Of a DNA stretch of 64,000 nucleotides, positions 57,756-64,000 are shown one piece after another. The notes beneath the pieces are model-generated. The model had not been told where the DNA came from. It was given only the letters and a program-made list of their open reading frames with translations, and searched no databases. Location of the stretch: assembly GCA_963705305.1 (NCBI GenBank), contig OY970067.1:1440001-1504000 (forward strand), written 5' to 3'. How positions within the stretch are numbered: position 1 is the stretch's first letter; every line of letters begins with the position of its first letter. This stretch comes from an uncultured Methylomirabilota bacterium. GTDB lineage: Bacteria > Methylomirabilota > Methylomirabilia > Methylomirabilales > 2-02-FULL-66-22. The translations under genes and the position numbers were made by a program.

Positions 57756-59301
57756 TCTCGTTCCGCTTGCGGCCGGGCTCCTGCCGCTCCGCATCCGGGT
57801 ATTCCACCCGGTGGTGGAAGATCCCCGTGAGGAGCCGCACAAAGCTGTTGGCGATGAGGTGGAGATCCCGCAGGGTCAGGTCACACTCGTCCAGCTGGCC
57901 ATCCACAAAGATGCTGTTGATGATCTTCTGCACCGCCCCGCGCAGGCGGGCCGGCGTGGGGTCGGTGAGGGTCCGGGTCGCCGCCTCGACGGCGTCGGCC
58001 AGCATCAGGATCGCCGCCTCGCGGGTCTGCGGCTTCGGCCCGGGGTACCGGTAATCCTCCTCCTTGATGGCCTGCAGCTCCGGATCGGCAATCTCTTTGG
58101 CCCGCTGGTAGAAGAAGCTGACCAGCCGCGTTCCGTGGTGCTGGGGGATCATGTCCGTGATGACTTCGGGCAGGCCGTAGGTGTGGGCCATCTCCAGGCC
58201 GTCCTTGACATGGGACATGACGATGGTCCGGCTCAGGCTGGGGGCCAGCTTGTCGTGCCGGTTGGCCGCATCCGGCTGGTTCTCGATGAAGTAGGTGGGA
58301 TGACGGATCTTCCCAATGTCGTGATAGTACGCCCCCACCCGACAGAGGAGGGCGTTGGCGCCGATCGACTCGGCCGCCGCCTCCGCCAGCGTGCCGACCA
58401 TGATGCTGTGGTGGTAGGTGCCCGGCACCGTGATCAAGAGGTGCTTGAGGATCGGCTCGTCCAGGTTGGCCAGCTCGAGCAGCGTGAAGGAGGTCGTGCG
58501 GCCGAAGGCGTTCTCCAGCAGGGGCAGCAGGCCCGTGGCCAGGACCGCCACGATCACCCCGTTCATCAAGCCGCCCAGAATGTCCGCGCGCAATGTCGCG
58601 GAAGCGCCCTCGATCAGGACGAAGGCGATCAGCGTGTAGGCGTTGGCCAGCCCCAGCACCCCTCCGGCGCGGAAGAAGGCGGTGCGCCGCTGCCGCCCGG
58701 CCAGGGCGAAGATCACGGCCAGGCTGCCCACGAAGGTGTAGAGAAAGTAATCCATGGGGGCGGCCAGCAGGAGTCCCGTCAGCAGGGTGAGGCTGAGGGA
58801 TCCGGCGAAAGCCAGCCGGATATTGAACAACACCGTGAGGAGCGCCCCGCCCAACGGCACCGGCAGGGCCGCCCGCAGGGCAGACACGGGGATGTAGGGC
58901 AGAGTCTGGTGCAGGGAGGAGACCAGGACCAGGCCGTACCGGGTGAGCAGCAGGACGGCGAGGATGATCGTGCCGAGCAGTGCCACACAGCGCGGGCGCC
59001 GGATGTCCTTGGGCTGCAAGGCCCGCACGTAAATATAGAGCGCGCCCAACAGGAACAGCACCAGCAGGAACAGGCCGAGGACCGACCAGGCCCCCAGGGG
59101 CAGGGGCAGGGCGGAGACCAAGATCTCCAGGCTGGCCAAAACGAAAAAGGCCGTGATGACCGGGAGGAACCACCGCTGCTGTTCCAGCTTGGCCACCATG
59201 CGGCGGATGGGGGCCAGGGGGTGGCTGGACCGCGGCAGCGGGGGGCGGCTCCGGTCCGCCGCCTCGGAGAAACTGCGATTGTTGAAGAAGCGGAGATCCA
59301 C
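57643..59301 (-). CDS. 7TM-HD phosphohydrolase (PgpH-like)
   Basis: Multiple TMs, PGTYHHS, YYHDIGK, HVKDG, QHHGT, LADAVEAA, DGQLDEC; sits between phoH and ybeY. Confidence 0.9.
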   Translation of the reverse strand: MDLRFFNNRSFSEAADRSRPPLPRSSHPLAPIRRMVAKLEQQRWFLPVITAFFVLASLEILVSALPLPLGAWSVLGLFLLVLFLLGALYIYVRALQPKDIRRPRCVALLGTIILAVLLLTRYGLVLVSSLHQTLPYIPVSALRAALPVPLGGALLTVLFNIRLAFAGSLSLTLLTGLLLAAPMDYFLYTFVGSLAVIFALAGRQRRTAFFRAGGVLGLANAYTLIAFVLIEGASATLRADILGGLMNGVIVAVLATGLLPLLENAFGRTTSFTLLELANLDEPILKHLLITVPGTYHHSIMVGTLAEAAAESIGANALLCRVGAYYHDIGKIRHPTYFIENQPDAANRHDKLAPSLSRTIVMSHVKDGLEMAHTYGLPEVITDMIPQHHGTRLVSFFYQRAKEIADPELQAIKEEDYRYPGPKPQTREAAILMLADAVEAATRTLTDPTPARLRGAVQKIINSIFVDGQLDECDLTLRDLHLIANSFVRLLTGIFHHRVEYPDAERQEPGRKRNENGDQSAKPTAEGPRREGVARKGGPKDTAQAETPPSGV

Positions 59302-59302
59302 G

Positions 59303-60292
<990 letters not shown>

Positions 60293-60342
60293 GCGCCTAG
60301 GGTCTTGCCTCCTTCCCGCCAATCGGTGTGGTCGTGAAAAGT

Positions 60343-60372
60343 AGGATAGAGCCGGCTCTACAGGCGTGTCAA
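60343..60372 (-). promoter_or_regulatory. phoH operon promoter with a perfect 14-bp palindrome
   Basis: TTGACA-18 nt-TATCCT; TAGAGCCGGCTCTA at 60347-60360. Confidence 0.55.
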
Positions 60373-60689
60373 ATGGAAAAGGACGCGCGGGGGCCGGGTG
60401 TGAACCGGCCGCCTGCGCCTTTCTTCAGCCAGGCGGGTCTCCGGACAACCGCGGAGCCGTCCGAGCGACACGATGCATTCGTCTTGACACACACCCGGCG
60501 CCTTGGTAGGGTTCGGCGGCCGACGACTCCGCAATTCTCCGGGCAGCAGAGTCCGGTGTCTCTTGGGGAGCGGTTCCGCCCGGATGATCGTCGGACGGCG
60601 GCTGCACCGCGTTGACCGCACGAGGTTACTCGCCGATCACTCTGCGTTTTCAATACAGTTTCGGGGGGGGCCGTTAGGAGGAAAGTGTC

Positions 60690-63161
<2,472 letters not shown>

Positions 63162-63280
63162 GCCGCGGTCCGTCGTTCGGCTGAACACCAACAGCGCGGG
63201 GCCCCTGGAGGCCCCGCGCGGTCTTGTGGGACCCGTACGGCGGCGACCTTTGCCAGCCCCCGCCCCGGCTCCGCGCTCCA

Positions 63281-63310
63281 TTGACCCGATCCGGTCTAAT
63301 CCCGTATAGT
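63281..63310 (+). promoter_or_regulatory. Sigma70-type promoter of the glutaredoxin gene
   Basis: TTGACC-18 nt-TATAGT. Confidence 0.6.
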
Positions 63311-63397
63311 GCAGGAGAGGTCGCTCGGAGCGGGCCCGGCAGCGCAACGGGCCTCCGCGTGGGGACCTGACAGGCAAGATAGGCAAGGAGGAAGAGG

Positions 63398-63634
63398 ATG
63401 GCGAAAGAGGTGATCGTGTACTCGCAGCCCGGGTGAGGCAGCTGTGAACAGGAGAAAGAGTTCCTTTCTCGCAAGGGCATCTCGTTTGTGAATAAAGACA
63501 TCCGCAAGGATCCAGAGGCGCTCCAGGAGTTGCTCAACCGCGGCTTCCGGGCCACCCCGGTCACCATCATCGATGGCGAAGCCGTGGTCGGTTTCGATCC
63601 GAAGCGACTGGGAGAGCTGCTCGGACTCCCGTAG
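63398..63634 (+). CDS. Selenocysteine-containing glutaredoxin/NrdH-like protein (UxxC)
   Basis: AGGAGG RBS; MAKEVIVYSQPG-TGA-GSCEQEKEFLSRKGI...FRATPVTIIDGEAVVGFDPKRL; TGA at 63434-63436 falls on the first Cys of the CxxC motif. Confidence 0.85.
63452..63470 (+). promoter_or_regulatory. Candidate bacterial SECIS hairpin
   Basis: GAGAAAG-AGTTC-CTTTCTC, loop about 23 nt after the UGA, with G then U near the start of the loop. Confidence 0.6.
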
Positions 63635-63899
63635 ACGACGTGCGGCCTGCCATTCTGCTGTCGATGCTCCTCCGGCAGGGCCCCGATTGGGCACGGCTCT
63701 GGGGCCCGCGGAGGTGCATCCCGCCGCGCCGAATCACGCAGAAACGCTTCCCATCTCCATTCTTCCATTGCCTCGGAGCGGATGGCTGTGCTATTGGTGA
63801 ACCGGCGCGCCGGGTCCGGGAGAGTCCCTGCGCGCTCGCACCGCCCGCGGGGCCTGCGGGTTTCGGGCCTGGGTCGTGTCTCCTCCTCCCTCCGAGGCT

Positions 63900-64000
63900 A
63901 TGCGAACGACGCAATTGTGGCGGGGTTGGACCGCAGCGCTGGTGATCGGCTGGCTGGCAGTGGGGGCGTTGGCCGCCCTGCCGGCCTCGGCCGGGCAGGC
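63900..64000 (+). CDS. 5' end of a probable secreted protein (partial)
   Basis: GAGG RBS, MRTTQLWRGWTAALVIGWLAVGALAALPASAGQ signal-peptide pattern. Confidence 0.55.
   Translation, partial: MRTTQLWRGWTAALVIGWLAVGALAALPASAGQ

Overview
GC-rich bacterial chromosomal window; taxon cannot be fixed from sequence alone. In order it holds: an RND efflux pair; a decayed kdp locus (kdpC stub, frameshifted kdpD, kdpE); queF, a PQQ-type dehydrogenase, a CusRS-like two-component system and a Cys/Met PLP enzyme; a sigma54/NorR-controlled ric-qNor NO-detoxification module; a metabolic cluster whose metalloenzymes show altered ligand motifs; an adenosine deaminase next to a REP-associated-type HUH tyrosine transposase with inverted-repeat ends; a pilin, CoA-transferase/CitE, DegP and an ABC-F. 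A ~5.5 kb defence-like island (41.8-47.2 kb) carries a tightly coupled GHKL/MORC ATPase-ParA-small protein triad plus intact and broken toxin-antitoxin genes and an hsdR stub. The window ends with the core phoH-HD-ybeY-M23-era-adh-recO-glyQS-ppdK run, a membrane pyrophosphatase and a selenocysteine (UxxC) glutaredoxin missed by the ORF track. Best novelty candidates: the GHKL-ParA triad, and a family of GGGGACGT end-motifs that flank the transposase, the add gene and the defence island. Several single-base frameshifts may be assembly errors. No rRNA, tRNA or CRISPR array was recognised.
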